DNA of 12,286 nucleotides, from assembly GCA_964373975.1 (NCBI GenBank), contig CAYJXH010000024.1, positions 1-12,286 of the forward strand, in the 5' to 3' direction. Shown one piece after another: positions 1 to 7,840 of this stretch (its first letter is position 1; each line of letters opens with the position of its first letter). Origin of the DNA: an uncultured Nitrospirota bacterium. Its GTDB lineage: Bacteria; Nitrospirota; Nitrospiria; SBBL01; SBBA01. The notes beneath the pieces are model-generated. The model did not search any database, was not told where the DNA came from, and saw only the letters and a program-made list of their open reading frames with translations. The position numbers were made by a program, and so were the translations under genes.

Positions 1-77
1 GCGACGAGCAGAACCCCACCCGGAAAGACCCCCGATTCTACCCCCTCATTCATCTTTTTGGTAAGGGGAGTTTCCAT
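1..77 (-). CDS. Possible 5'-partial start of a hypothetical protein (METPLTKKMNEGVESGVFPGGVLLV...). The gene would continue beyond the window start.
   Basis: On the minus strand there is an ATG at 77..75. A GAGGT Shine-Dalgarno-like motif lies 6 nt upstream, and the frame stays open to the window edge. Two plus-strand frames are also open across 1..117 and 3..150, so the coding strand is ambiguous. No recognisable motif. Confidence 0.2.
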   Translation of the reverse strand, partial: METPLTKKMNEGVESGVFPGGVLLV

Positions 78-120
78 AAGGGCACCTCGTCGGCAAGGGC
101 GCGGGGAGACCAGATGAGTG

Positions 121-303
121 CTAAAGCCATTTGCTCAATCTAGCCTTGGCTTCTTCGTTTGTGATTCCTTTCCCGTCCTTAATGGTTTGTTGGCCGTTTT
201 TTATTTTTCCAAGTACGTACAGGTGGTACTGGATATCTTCTAATGTACTACCATCAGGAAGGTTATGGATCATCTCGGAGATTTGCTCTTTGAGTATTAC
301 CAT
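121..303 (-). CDS. Small 60-aa protein. It resembles the putative addiction-module antitoxin component family, whose C-terminus is of the ...I(S/T)xEEaKxRLSKWL type.
   Basis: Clean ORF (ATG at 303..301, TAG at 123..121). The C-terminus ITNEEAKARLSKWL and the central LEDIQYHLYVLGKI segment match, from memory, a small antitoxin-like family. No database search was possible. No cognate toxin ORF could be recognised downstream. Confidence 0.45.
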   Translation of the reverse strand: MVILKEQISEMIHNLPDGSTLEDIQYHLYVLGKIKNGQQTIKDGKGITNEEAKARLSKWL

Positions 304-309
304 ATTGGA

Positions 310-318
310 ATTATAGCA
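310..318 (-). promoter_or_regulatory. Candidate extended -10 promoter element (TGcTATAAT on the minus strand) for the 60-aa ORF.
   Basis: Plus-strand attatagca at 310..318 is the reverse complement of TGCTATAAT, a perfect -10 hexamer with the TGn extension. It ends 6 nt upstream of the ATG at 303, which would imply a leaderless or near-leaderless transcript. The only -35-like hexamer (TTGATC, plus 335..340) sits at a 19-nt spacer, so the -35 is weak. There is no Shine-Dalgarno sequence before the ATG. Confidence 0.3.
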
Positions 319-344
319 TGTGAGCCGAGAGTAAGATCAACCTA

Positions 345-1769
345 TTAGCTGTGAAATTTTTCTTTCAGTTTGGCAACCAATTTTGTGTAGATTCCGCCGA
401 AGCCGCCGCTGGACATAATGCAGACAAGATCGTTCGGTTTAAGCCGTTCCAATAGAAACAATACAATTTCATCTGCCGTGGGAATAAAATACCCCTCTTT
501 TCCAAGCACCGAAAGGTCTTGAATAATCTGCTCTGGGTGAAGCCTTATCTCTTCGGGAAGTTTTTCGGGCGCAAACAGATTCGCCATGATCGTGACATCG
601 GCATACTCAAAAGCCGTGACAAACTCTTTTTGAAACACATTCCTGCGGCTAGATGCCGATTTGGGTTCAAAAACAGCCCACAGACGTTTTGTCGGATATC
701 GCAAGCGAAGCGCGAGAAATGTCTCCGAAATGGCCGTAGGATGATGCGCGAAATCGTCCATAACGATAATGTCGTTCACCTCTCCAACGATATCTTGCCG
801 TCGCGCAACCCCCTGAAAAAGACGAATCCCATTTAAAATAGCGTCAAGAGAAAGTCCTATATGATGGGTTAGGGCAATTACGGCGAGCGTGTTTTTAATG
901 TTGTGTCGGCCGATCATCGGCGATTTTACCGTAGCAATCTTTTCGTGGTGATGGAAAAGATCAAAACAGGTTAGCCCCTCCGCGCTGTAAATTCCGTCTG
1001 CCTGCCAATCGGCTTCGGGATTAAAACCATAAGTCGTTGTCTGGCAATCGGCCTCTTTTATGACCTCCAAAACAGCCGAGTCATCGCTCGCTACCAGCAA
1101 CCCATCTTTTGGCAGGAGACGAACAAATTGTTTAAACGAGTCTTTGATCGCATCAAGACTCGCGTAAATATCGGTATGATCCAGTTCAATGCTGGTTAGA
1201 ATGGCATGATAGGGGCGGTAATGCAGAAATTTGGGGCCTTTATCAAAAAAGGCGGTATTGTACTCATCCCCTTCAATAACAAAATGCGACCCTTTTCCCA
1301 GCAAATGATTGGTATTAAAATTCTTCATAATCCCGCCGACCATAACGCCGGGGTCTAGGCCGCCCGCGGTCAGAACAAAGGAAAGCAAGGAAGAAGTCGT
1401 GGTCTTGCCATGGGTTCCAGAAACGACTAAAGGCTTTCTGTCGTTGAGAAAAAAGATACGCAGAGCCTCTGGCATGGAATAATAAGGAATGCCGCGACGC
1501 AGCGTTTCCACGACCTCCGAATTGTCAGCGCTTACCGCATTTCCAATAATAACGCAGTCGGTGTCAGGATCTATGTGGCTTGGGTCAAACCCAATTTTGC
1601 AAGGGATTGCCGCTCTTTCTAGCAGGGTGCTCATGGGGGGAAAGACGCCAGCGTCGGAACCTGAAACTTGATATCCGGCCTCTTTCAAAAGGCCGGCGAT
1701 CGCGGCCATGCCAACCCCTGAAATGGCAATCAGATGAATTTTTCGTATGGGTTGTGTTTGGTTTTCCAT
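345..1769 (-). CDS. mpl: UDP-N-acetylmuramate:L-alanyl-gamma-D-glutamyl-meso-diaminopimelate ligase (murein peptide ligase Mpl).
   Basis: 474-aa ORF. N-terminal IHLIAISGVGMAAIAGLL...GSDAGVFPPMSTLLE is very close to E. coli Mpl (HILGICGTFMGGLA...GSDANVYPPMSTLLEK). It has the Mur ligase P-loop GTHGKTTT, EGDEYNTAFFDK, DDFAHHPTAI and a C-terminal MSSGGFGG, all collinear with Mpl/MurC family. Length and the VFPPMSTLLE motif favour Mpl over MurC. Confidence 0.9.
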   Translation of the reverse strand: MENQTQPIRKIHLIAISGVGMAAIAGLLKEAGYQVSGSDAGVFPPMSTLLERAAIPCKIGFDPSHIDPDTDCVIIGNAVSADNSEVVETLRRGIPYYSMPEALRIFFLNDRKPLVVSGTHGKTTTSSLLSFVLTAGGLDPGVMVGGIMKNFNTNHLLGKGSHFVIEGDEYNTAFFDKGPKFLHYRPYHAILTSIELDHTDIYASLDAIKDSFKQFVRLLPKDGLLVASDDSAVLEVIKEADCQTTTYGFNPEADWQADGIYSAEGLTCFDLFHHHEKIATVKSPMIGRHNIKNTLAVIALTHHIGLSLDAILNGIRLFQGVARRQDIVGEVNDIIVMDDFAHHPTAISETFLALRLRYPTKRLWAVFEPKSASSRRNVFQKEFVTAFEYADVTIMANLFAPEKLPEEIRLHPEQIIQDLSVLGKEGYFIPTADEIVLFLLERLKPNDLVCIMSSGGFGGIYTKLVAKLKEKFHS

Positions 1770-1773
1770 AAGA

Positions 1774-2205
1774 CTAGATCTCGCCTGCCATTCTTAAAAG
1801 CTCTTGCTGATAAGTCCAGTCTTCAAACGGGCCGCCTCGGCGAACAGATCGGAAATAAAGATCACCCCAAACACCCGCAATTTGATGAATAGCCTCATGA
1901 CGGGTAATCCCTTTTTTTAGAAGGCCTTTGAGGGCTTCCCCCACCTCGACGGGATCATCTGAATCTAACTGTTTTTCGATGGTAACATGCAGACCGGTAT
2001 GCACAAGCGGATTGACCACAAAACCATTGATCTCTTGGGGCTGAAAGGCCGTTTCGCCAGCGGCCCAAAAAGGATCAAATTCGGGATGGGCAATCATTGT
2101 TTCTGCAATCAGCTCCGCGTCCCCTGAAAGCTCCTCTTTATTTTTTATTTTCTCCCAGACACTGCTATAAATGGCTGTTGCATGCTTTGAAAAAAGATCA
2201 ATCAT
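1774..2205 (-). CDS. DUF1841 domain-containing protein (conserved hypothetical).
   Basis: 143-aa ORF with a strong Shine-Dalgarno sequence (GGGGGAG 5 nt upstream of the ATG at 2205). It contains the NP(L/F)xHxGLHxxIxEQ motif (NPLVHTGLHVTIEKQ) and a HPE(F/Y) segment, which I recall as characteristic of DUF1841 proteins. Its stop lies 4 nt before the mpl start. Confidence 0.65.
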   Translation of the reverse strand: MIDLFSKHATAIYSSVWEKIKNKEELSGDAELIAETMIAHPEFDPFWAAGETAFQPQEINGFVVNPLVHTGLHVTIEKQLDSDDPVEVGEALKGLLKKGITRHEAIHQIAGVWGDLYFRSVRRGGPFEDWTYQQELLRMAGEI

Positions 2206-2217
2206 ATATTCTCCCCC

Positions 2218-3999
2218 TTATATTCTAATTTGTGCCTCAAAAAGGGTTGCGTAAACGCCCTTCTTCTTGGCAATGAGTTTTTCGTGCGTGCCCGATTCCA
2301 CGATTTTTCCCTTATCCACGACAAGAATCCGATCTACCTTTCGCAGGGATGAGAGCCGATGGGCAATGATTAAGGTTGTTCTATTGGCAAAAAGATTTTG
2401 TAATCCCTTTTGAATCCCTTCTTCCGTCTCCGAATCAATATTGGATGTCCCTTCATCAAAGACGATAATCGGCGGATTCTTTAAAAACGCCCTTGCAATG
2501 GCAACACGCTGTTTTTGACCAATGGAAAGCTTGACCCCCCTTTCCCCAATATGCGTTTCATATTGATCTGGAAGCTGTTCGATAAAATCGTTTGCACATG
2601 CGGCTTTTGTGGCATGTACAATCTCTGCAAACGCCGCGTGGGGATTTCCATACGCAATGTTCTCTCGCACGGTGCCATTGAAAAGAAACGGTTCCTGACG
2701 CACCAGACTAAATTGATCCCGCAGGGATTGAATGGACAGGTCACGCAAATCATACCCATCAATGGTAATCGTCCCCTCTTTTGCATCATAAAAACGCAAG
2801 AGCAACGATATCGTTGTGCTCTTTCCACTGCCAGTTGCCCCAACGAGCGCAACGGTCTCGCCGGGCGCGATTTTAAAATCCATCTTCTCTAAAACAGGCC
2901 GATTCTCAACATAATGAAACGAGACTTTCTGGAACGAAATCGCACCTGTGAGCCGCTCTGGAATGCTGACGGGCGCTTCTGGCTCTGCGACCGTAGGCGC
3001 CGTATCAAGCAACTCAAAGACACGTTCTGCGGCAACAAGGGCATGTTGCAACATGTGGTTGATTGAATGGATTTGGTTGATGGGGGCATAAAAAATAACG
3101 GCGTAGGATAAAAACGCGACCAGCTCGCCTATTGAGAGCATGCCTTCTGCCGCAAAATGGGCGCCAAATCCAATAATAAAAACCGTGCCGAAAGAAGCCA
3201 GCATGGCCATGGAGGGAGAGTAGAGCGACCAAAGCCGCGCAACCCCTAGACTCTCTTCACACAACGCACGATTGCGTTCTTCAAAACGACCTGCCTCATA
3301 CTTTTGCCGATTAAAGATCATCGTCTCTCGGATGCCAGAGAGGCGGTCTTGCAAAAAGGAATTGATTTGCGCCAATTCGTGGCGAAGTCTTTTATAGCTC
3401 CGATGAAGGTGTGTTGTAAAAAAAATAGCAAAATAAATCAAAAAGGGAATGGGGATAATGGCCACAAGCGCCAGCCGCCATTCCAAAACAAACATCATCA
3501 TGGTGACGCCCAATAGGGTTACCCCTGCGATCAGCAAGTTTTCCACCCCATCAATAAATATCCGCTCCATATTTTCGACATCGTTGTTGACCCGCGACAT
3601 AATCTCGCCTGTAGAGCAATCATCAAAATAAGACAAAGACAGTTTCTGCACGGCCTGAAAAACCTGATTGCGGATATCGAATATGACATTTTGCTCTAGG
3701 GCATTATTGAGGCGAATCCGAACGACATTTAAACCGCCTTTAACGAGATAAATTCCGACCATACAGAAGACAAGGGTCATCAACAATGACGTCTGCTTGT
3801 TTCCAATCCCTTCGTCAATAGCCCTTTTAATGAGCCAAGGCGGAATCAACTCTAAAACGGTCGCGACGCCCGCGACAGAAAGCGTACAGGCGGCCAAGTT
3901 TTTGTAAGGCTTGACATACGTTAGGACACGGAACAAGAACTGCCATGAATCCCCTTTAAAACCCATTGTATTTTTCCATTGCAGTATAAGATTCTTCAT
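2218..3999 (-). CDS. ABC transporter, fused permease/ATP-binding protein (type I exporter, MsbA-like architecture).
   Basis: 593 aa, with an N-terminal 6-TM exporter domain and a C-terminal NBD. Motifs: Walker A GATGSGKST, Q-loop, signature LSIGQKQRVAIARAF (non-canonical, LSGGQ to LSIGQ), Walker B IIVFDEGTS, D-loop SNID, H-loop IIAHRL. The start ATG overlaps the upstream protease stop (ATGA at 3996..3999). An alternative internal start lies at Met12 (about 3966). Confidence 0.88.
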   Translation of the reverse strand: MKNLILQWKNTMGFKGDSWQFLFRVLTYVKPYKNLAACTLSVAGVATVLELIPPWLIKRAIDEGIGNKQTSLLMTLVFCMVGIYLVKGGLNVVRIRLNNALEQNVIFDIRNQVFQAVQKLSLSYFDDCSTGEIMSRVNNDVENMERIFIDGVENLLIAGVTLLGVTMMMFVLEWRLALVAIIPIPFLIYFAIFFTTHLHRSYKRLRHELAQINSFLQDRLSGIRETMIFNRQKYEAGRFEERNRALCEESLGVARLWSLYSPSMAMLASFGTVFIIGFGAHFAAEGMLSIGELVAFLSYAVIFYAPINQIHSINHMLQHALVAAERVFELLDTAPTVAEPEAPVSIPERLTGAISFQKVSFHYVENRPVLEKMDFKIAPGETVALVGATGSGKSTTISLLLRFYDAKEGTITIDGYDLRDLSIQSLRDQFSLVRQEPFLFNGTVRENIAYGNPHAAFAEIVHATKAACANDFIEQLPDQYETHIGERGVKLSIGQKQRVAIARAFLKNPPIIVFDEGTSNIDSETEEGIQKGLQNLFANRTTLIIAHRLSSLRKVDRILVVDKGKIVESGTHEKLIAKKKGVYATLFEAQIRI

Positions 4000-4940
4000 G
4001 AATGTCCTATCCGGATAGGCACGGGCATAAACGTAATGATAAACAGAATAACAGACGCGATGCCCAGTAAGCGATGCCTGAAATCTAGCGGAACATCTTC
4101 ATCAACCGTCGGCGGATGGCGCACGCCTAAAATAGCGGCCATTGCGGCCCAAACATACCAACCTTCCCATCCCGTCCATCCTAAGATAACCAGCGCAATA
4201 ATCATTGCGATTGAAACGTACTTTTGCTTTTTCCCAACCAGCGCATAGGCAATATGGCCGCCATCGAGCTGTCCGATTGGAAGCATGTTCAAAGAGGTGA
4301 CAAAAAGGCCGATCCATCCGGCAAAGGCAACGGAGTTTAATGCCAAATCAAATCCTTCTGCGGGCACCTTTGCCATAAGATGCGTAAGCCATGAGAATAT
4401 CAGCGAGTCTCCAAGCTGTATGCCTGACGAGGCTTCATCCATTCTGACAATTTCAGAAGAATAAAGTCCGACACAAATGGCAACGATGGCGACACCAAAT
4501 CCTGCGAATGGGCCAGCGGCCCCAATATCTAATAAGGCCTTCTTTTGCAATATGGGAGAGCGAATTTTAATAAATGCGCCAAAGGTTCCGATCAATCCAT
4601 AAGGCGGCCACGGCCCTGGAATAAAATAAGGGAGAGAGGTTTTGACACCATACACTTGAGACGTAACGTAATGCCCCATTTCGTGGACAAAAAGAATCAG
4701 CATGAGTGTAAACGCAAAGGGAATGCCTTTCACCAAATCCAAAGGGCGCGAAAAGGGATCGCCACCCTCCTGATAACTGCCCGCCAACAGGGTTGTAAGG
4801 CACGTTAAGAAAAATAATATAACGGGAAGTGCCCGTTGTGCTTTTGCAATGGGCGGATCCCTCTCCCCGCAGGCGACGTTCGCCCCGCAGGCAACGTTTG
4901 CCTCGCAGGCGACGTTCGCTTTTTCATTTTCTTCTTCCAT
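3996..4940 (-). CDS. Membrane zinc metalloprotease, peptidase family M50 (site-2 protease / SpoIVFB-like, no PDZ domain), with an N-terminal cytoplasmic Cys-containing repeat.
   Basis: 314-aa ORF with HExxH (FVHEMGHYV), the downstream LDGG motif (PIGQLDGGHIAY) and multiple hydrophobic TM segments. Shine-Dalgarno GGGAG sits 7 nt upstream of the ATG at 4940. The N-terminus reads MEEENEK(ANVAC[E/G])x3. Confidence 0.82.
   Translation of the reverse strand: MEEENEKANVACEANVACGANVACGERDPPIAKAQRALPVILFFLTCLTTLLAGSYQEGGDPFSRPLDLVKGIPFAFTLMLILFVHEMGHYVTSQVYGVKTSLPYFIPGPWPPYGLIGTFGAFIKIRSPILQKKALLDIGAAGPFAGFGVAIVAICVGLYSSEIVRMDEASSGIQLGDSLIFSWLTHLMAKVPAEGFDLALNSVAFAGWIGLFVTSLNMLPIGQLDGGHIAYALVGKKQKYVSIAMIIALVILGWTGWEGWYVWAAMAAILGVRHPPTVDEDVPLDFRHRLLGIASVILFIITFMPVPIRIGHS
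4868..4921. repeat. Three tandem copies of an 18-bp unit (cgcaggcgacgttcgccc / cgcaggcaacgtttgcct / cgcaggcgacgttcgctt), in frame within the M50 protease N-terminus.
   Basis: Direct reading of the sequence gives units at 4868-4885, 4886-4903 and 4904-4921. Each encodes the hexapeptide ANVAC(E/G) on the minus strand. Each unit also contains a short near-palindrome (ggcga cgt tcgcc). Confidence 0.85.
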
Positions 4941-4943
4941 GTA

Positions 4944-5123
4944 TTAGCTCCCGCCAGTCGGCCTGATGTCTCCCACTTCATAGAGGGGTAGGGTCATCCA
5001 GCTATCCCCACACTTAAGGAAAATTTCATCCTCGCCGACATCGGTTAGTATCCCTCTGTAGACCGTGCCATGGAAGTCAACCTCAACCTCTTTTCCTTTG
5101 AGTGTCTGTAAGCGATTTAACAT
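4944..5123 (-). CDS. Unannotated small ORF, 59 aa (MLNRLQTLKGKEVEVDFHGTVYRGILTDVGEDEIFLKCGDSWMTLPLYEVGDIRPTGGS), hypothetical.
   Basis: Hand translation of the minus strand. The ATG at 5123..5121 overlaps the era stop codon (TAATG). The stop TAA at 4946..4944 is 3 nt before the M50 protease ATG, whose Shine-Dalgarno GGGAG lies inside this ORF's last codons. It is 1 aa below the 60-aa ORF-track cutoff. No recognised family; the sequence looks compatible with a small beta-rich domain. Confidence 0.45.
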   Translation of the reverse strand: MLNRLQTLKGKEVEVDFHGTVYRGILTDVGEDEIFLKCGDSWMTLPLYEVGDIRPTGGS

Positions 5124-6043
5124 TAATATCCCATTTCATTTAAGAAGAGGTCGTTTTCTCGCCATTCTTTTTTGACTTTTACCCAAAGCTGTAAAAAGAC
5201 CTTGGTATCCAGAAGGCTTTCTATCTCTAATCGGGCGGCAGTGCCGATCTCTTTTAGCATGGCCCCCTTGTGTCCAATGAGAATCGGCTTCTGTGACTCT
5301 TTTTCAACATAAAGAGTGACTTCAATATGAATCAGTCCTTTTGCTTCATCCCGCAGAGGTCGCACCTCCTCTTTAAATTTCTCAATCTGGACTGAAACAA
5401 CATAGGGCAGTTCGTCGTGTGTCTTTTCGATTGCCTTTTCTCTAATAATCTCGGACGCCAAAAACCGCACGGGCTGATCGGTGACCTGATCTTCTGGAAA
5501 ATAAGGCGCGCCTTCTGGAAGATAAGAAAGCACCAAGGCGATTAGTCTTTCCGTATTCTCCCCTGTTTTAGCGCAAATCGGTATTATTTCAGAAAAGTTA
5601 TGGGTGGTGGTTAGCTCCTTTTGATTATTTAAGGCATCTAGGGTAGAAATTAACCGGCTCTTTCCGATCAGATCAATTTTATTGACAACCAATATCTTTG
5701 GCGTCTCTATTTTTTTTAGAATATCAAACAAGAGCTGATCTTCCGACGCTTGTTCAGGCTCGATAAAAAGAAGAATGAGATCCACCTCGCGAACGGCACT
5801 GCGTGCGGTTTGAACCATACGCTGATTGAGGCGCGACTTTTCTTTTTCCGTATGATGAACGCCGGGGGTATCAAAAAAAATAATCTGGCCCGAAGGAAGA
5901 TGTTTGACACCAAGAATCTTATTGCGCGTCGTCTGCGGCTTATCAGAGACAATAGATATCTTTTGACCAAGAACCTGATTTAAGAACGTAGACTTCCCAA
6001 CATTAGGCCGACCGACAATAGCAACAAATCCAGATTTGTACAT
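5123..6043 (-). CDS. era: GTPase Era.
   Basis: 306 aa. G1 GRPNVGKST, G3 DTPG, G4 NKID, and a C-terminal KH domain region (ILIGHKGAMLKEIG). Length and order are typical of Era. Confidence 0.93.
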   Translation of the reverse strand: MYKSGFVAIVGRPNVGKSTFLNQVLGQKISIVSDKPQTTRNKILGVKHLPSGQIIFFDTPGVHHTEKEKSRLNQRMVQTARSAVREVDLILLFIEPEQASEDQLLFDILKKIETPKILVVNKIDLIGKSRLISTLDALNNQKELTTTHNFSEIIPICAKTGENTERLIALVLSYLPEGAPYFPEDQVTDQPVRFLASEIIREKAIEKTHDELPYVVSVQIEKFKEEVRPLRDEAKGLIHIEVTLYVEKESQKPILIGHKGAMLKEIGTAARLEIESLLDTKVFLQLWVKVKKEWRENDLFLNEMGY

Positions 6044-6070
6044 TTTAAAAAAGTGAATAGGATTGCCTAC

Positions 6071-7718
<1,648 letters not shown>

Positions 7719-7830
7719 TTATTTCTCTCTCATCATAAGAAAATCCCCAATAAGAAAATTCATTGCACAGGCCATCTTATATCTGATACTCTCTTGCTGG
7801 GAATTTAAGGATCGAACAAACATAATAAAA

Positions 7831-7836
7831 AAGGAG
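7831..7836 (+). promoter_or_regulatory. Shine-Dalgarno (AAGGAG) for the prohibitin-like gene.
   Basis: aaggag at 7831..7836, 4 nt upstream of the ATG at 7841. It lies in the 125-nt divergent intergenic region shared with eno. Confidence 0.6.
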
Positions 7837-7840
7837 AAAA

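Noticed and set aside
1-60. Possible 3' end of RNase P RNA or another structured RNA, because of the GCAGAACCCC...CCGG string and high GC content.
   Set aside because: The highly conserved RNase P element ACAGAAnCCGGCTTA is not matched, and no tRNA-like T-arm (GGTTCGAATCC) is present. The resemblance is too weak.
131-1771. ORFs 131..316 +, 519..836 +, 1489..1671 + and 1580..1771 +, antisense to the 60-aa ORF and mpl.
   Set aside because: They are antisense to supported genes, with low-complexity translations.
2481-3232. Several 60-125-aa ORFs on both strands inside the ABC exporter gene (2481..2852 -, 2515..2892 +, 2889..3089 -, 3014..3232 -, 3304..3516 +, 3449..3631 +).
   Set aside because: They are fully embedded in or antisense to a long, motif-rich ABC transporter ORF. 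Their products are low-complexity or Arg/Cys-rich with no motifs, typical of spurious overlapping frames.
3964-3999. Alternative start for the ABC exporter at internal Met12 (MGFKGDSWQFLFRV...).
   Set aside because: It cannot be resolved from sequence alone. The upstream ATG gives the classic ATGA overlap with the preceding gene, so the longer form was kept, but the true N-terminus may be 11 aa shorter.
3979-4808. ORFs 3979..4248 +, 4102..4317 -, 4545..4808 + and 4567..4803 -, all overlapping the M50 protease gene.
   Set aside because: They are antisense or out of frame within a well-supported metalloprotease ORF, and no Shine-Dalgarno sequences or motifs were noted.
4866-4921. Considered whether the 18-bp tandem repeat could be a CRISPR-like or other non-coding repeat array.
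   Set aside because: It has only three directly abutting units with no spacers. It lies inside an ORF with a good Shine-Dalgarno sequence and ATG, and it preserves the reading frame, so it is a coding tandem repeat.
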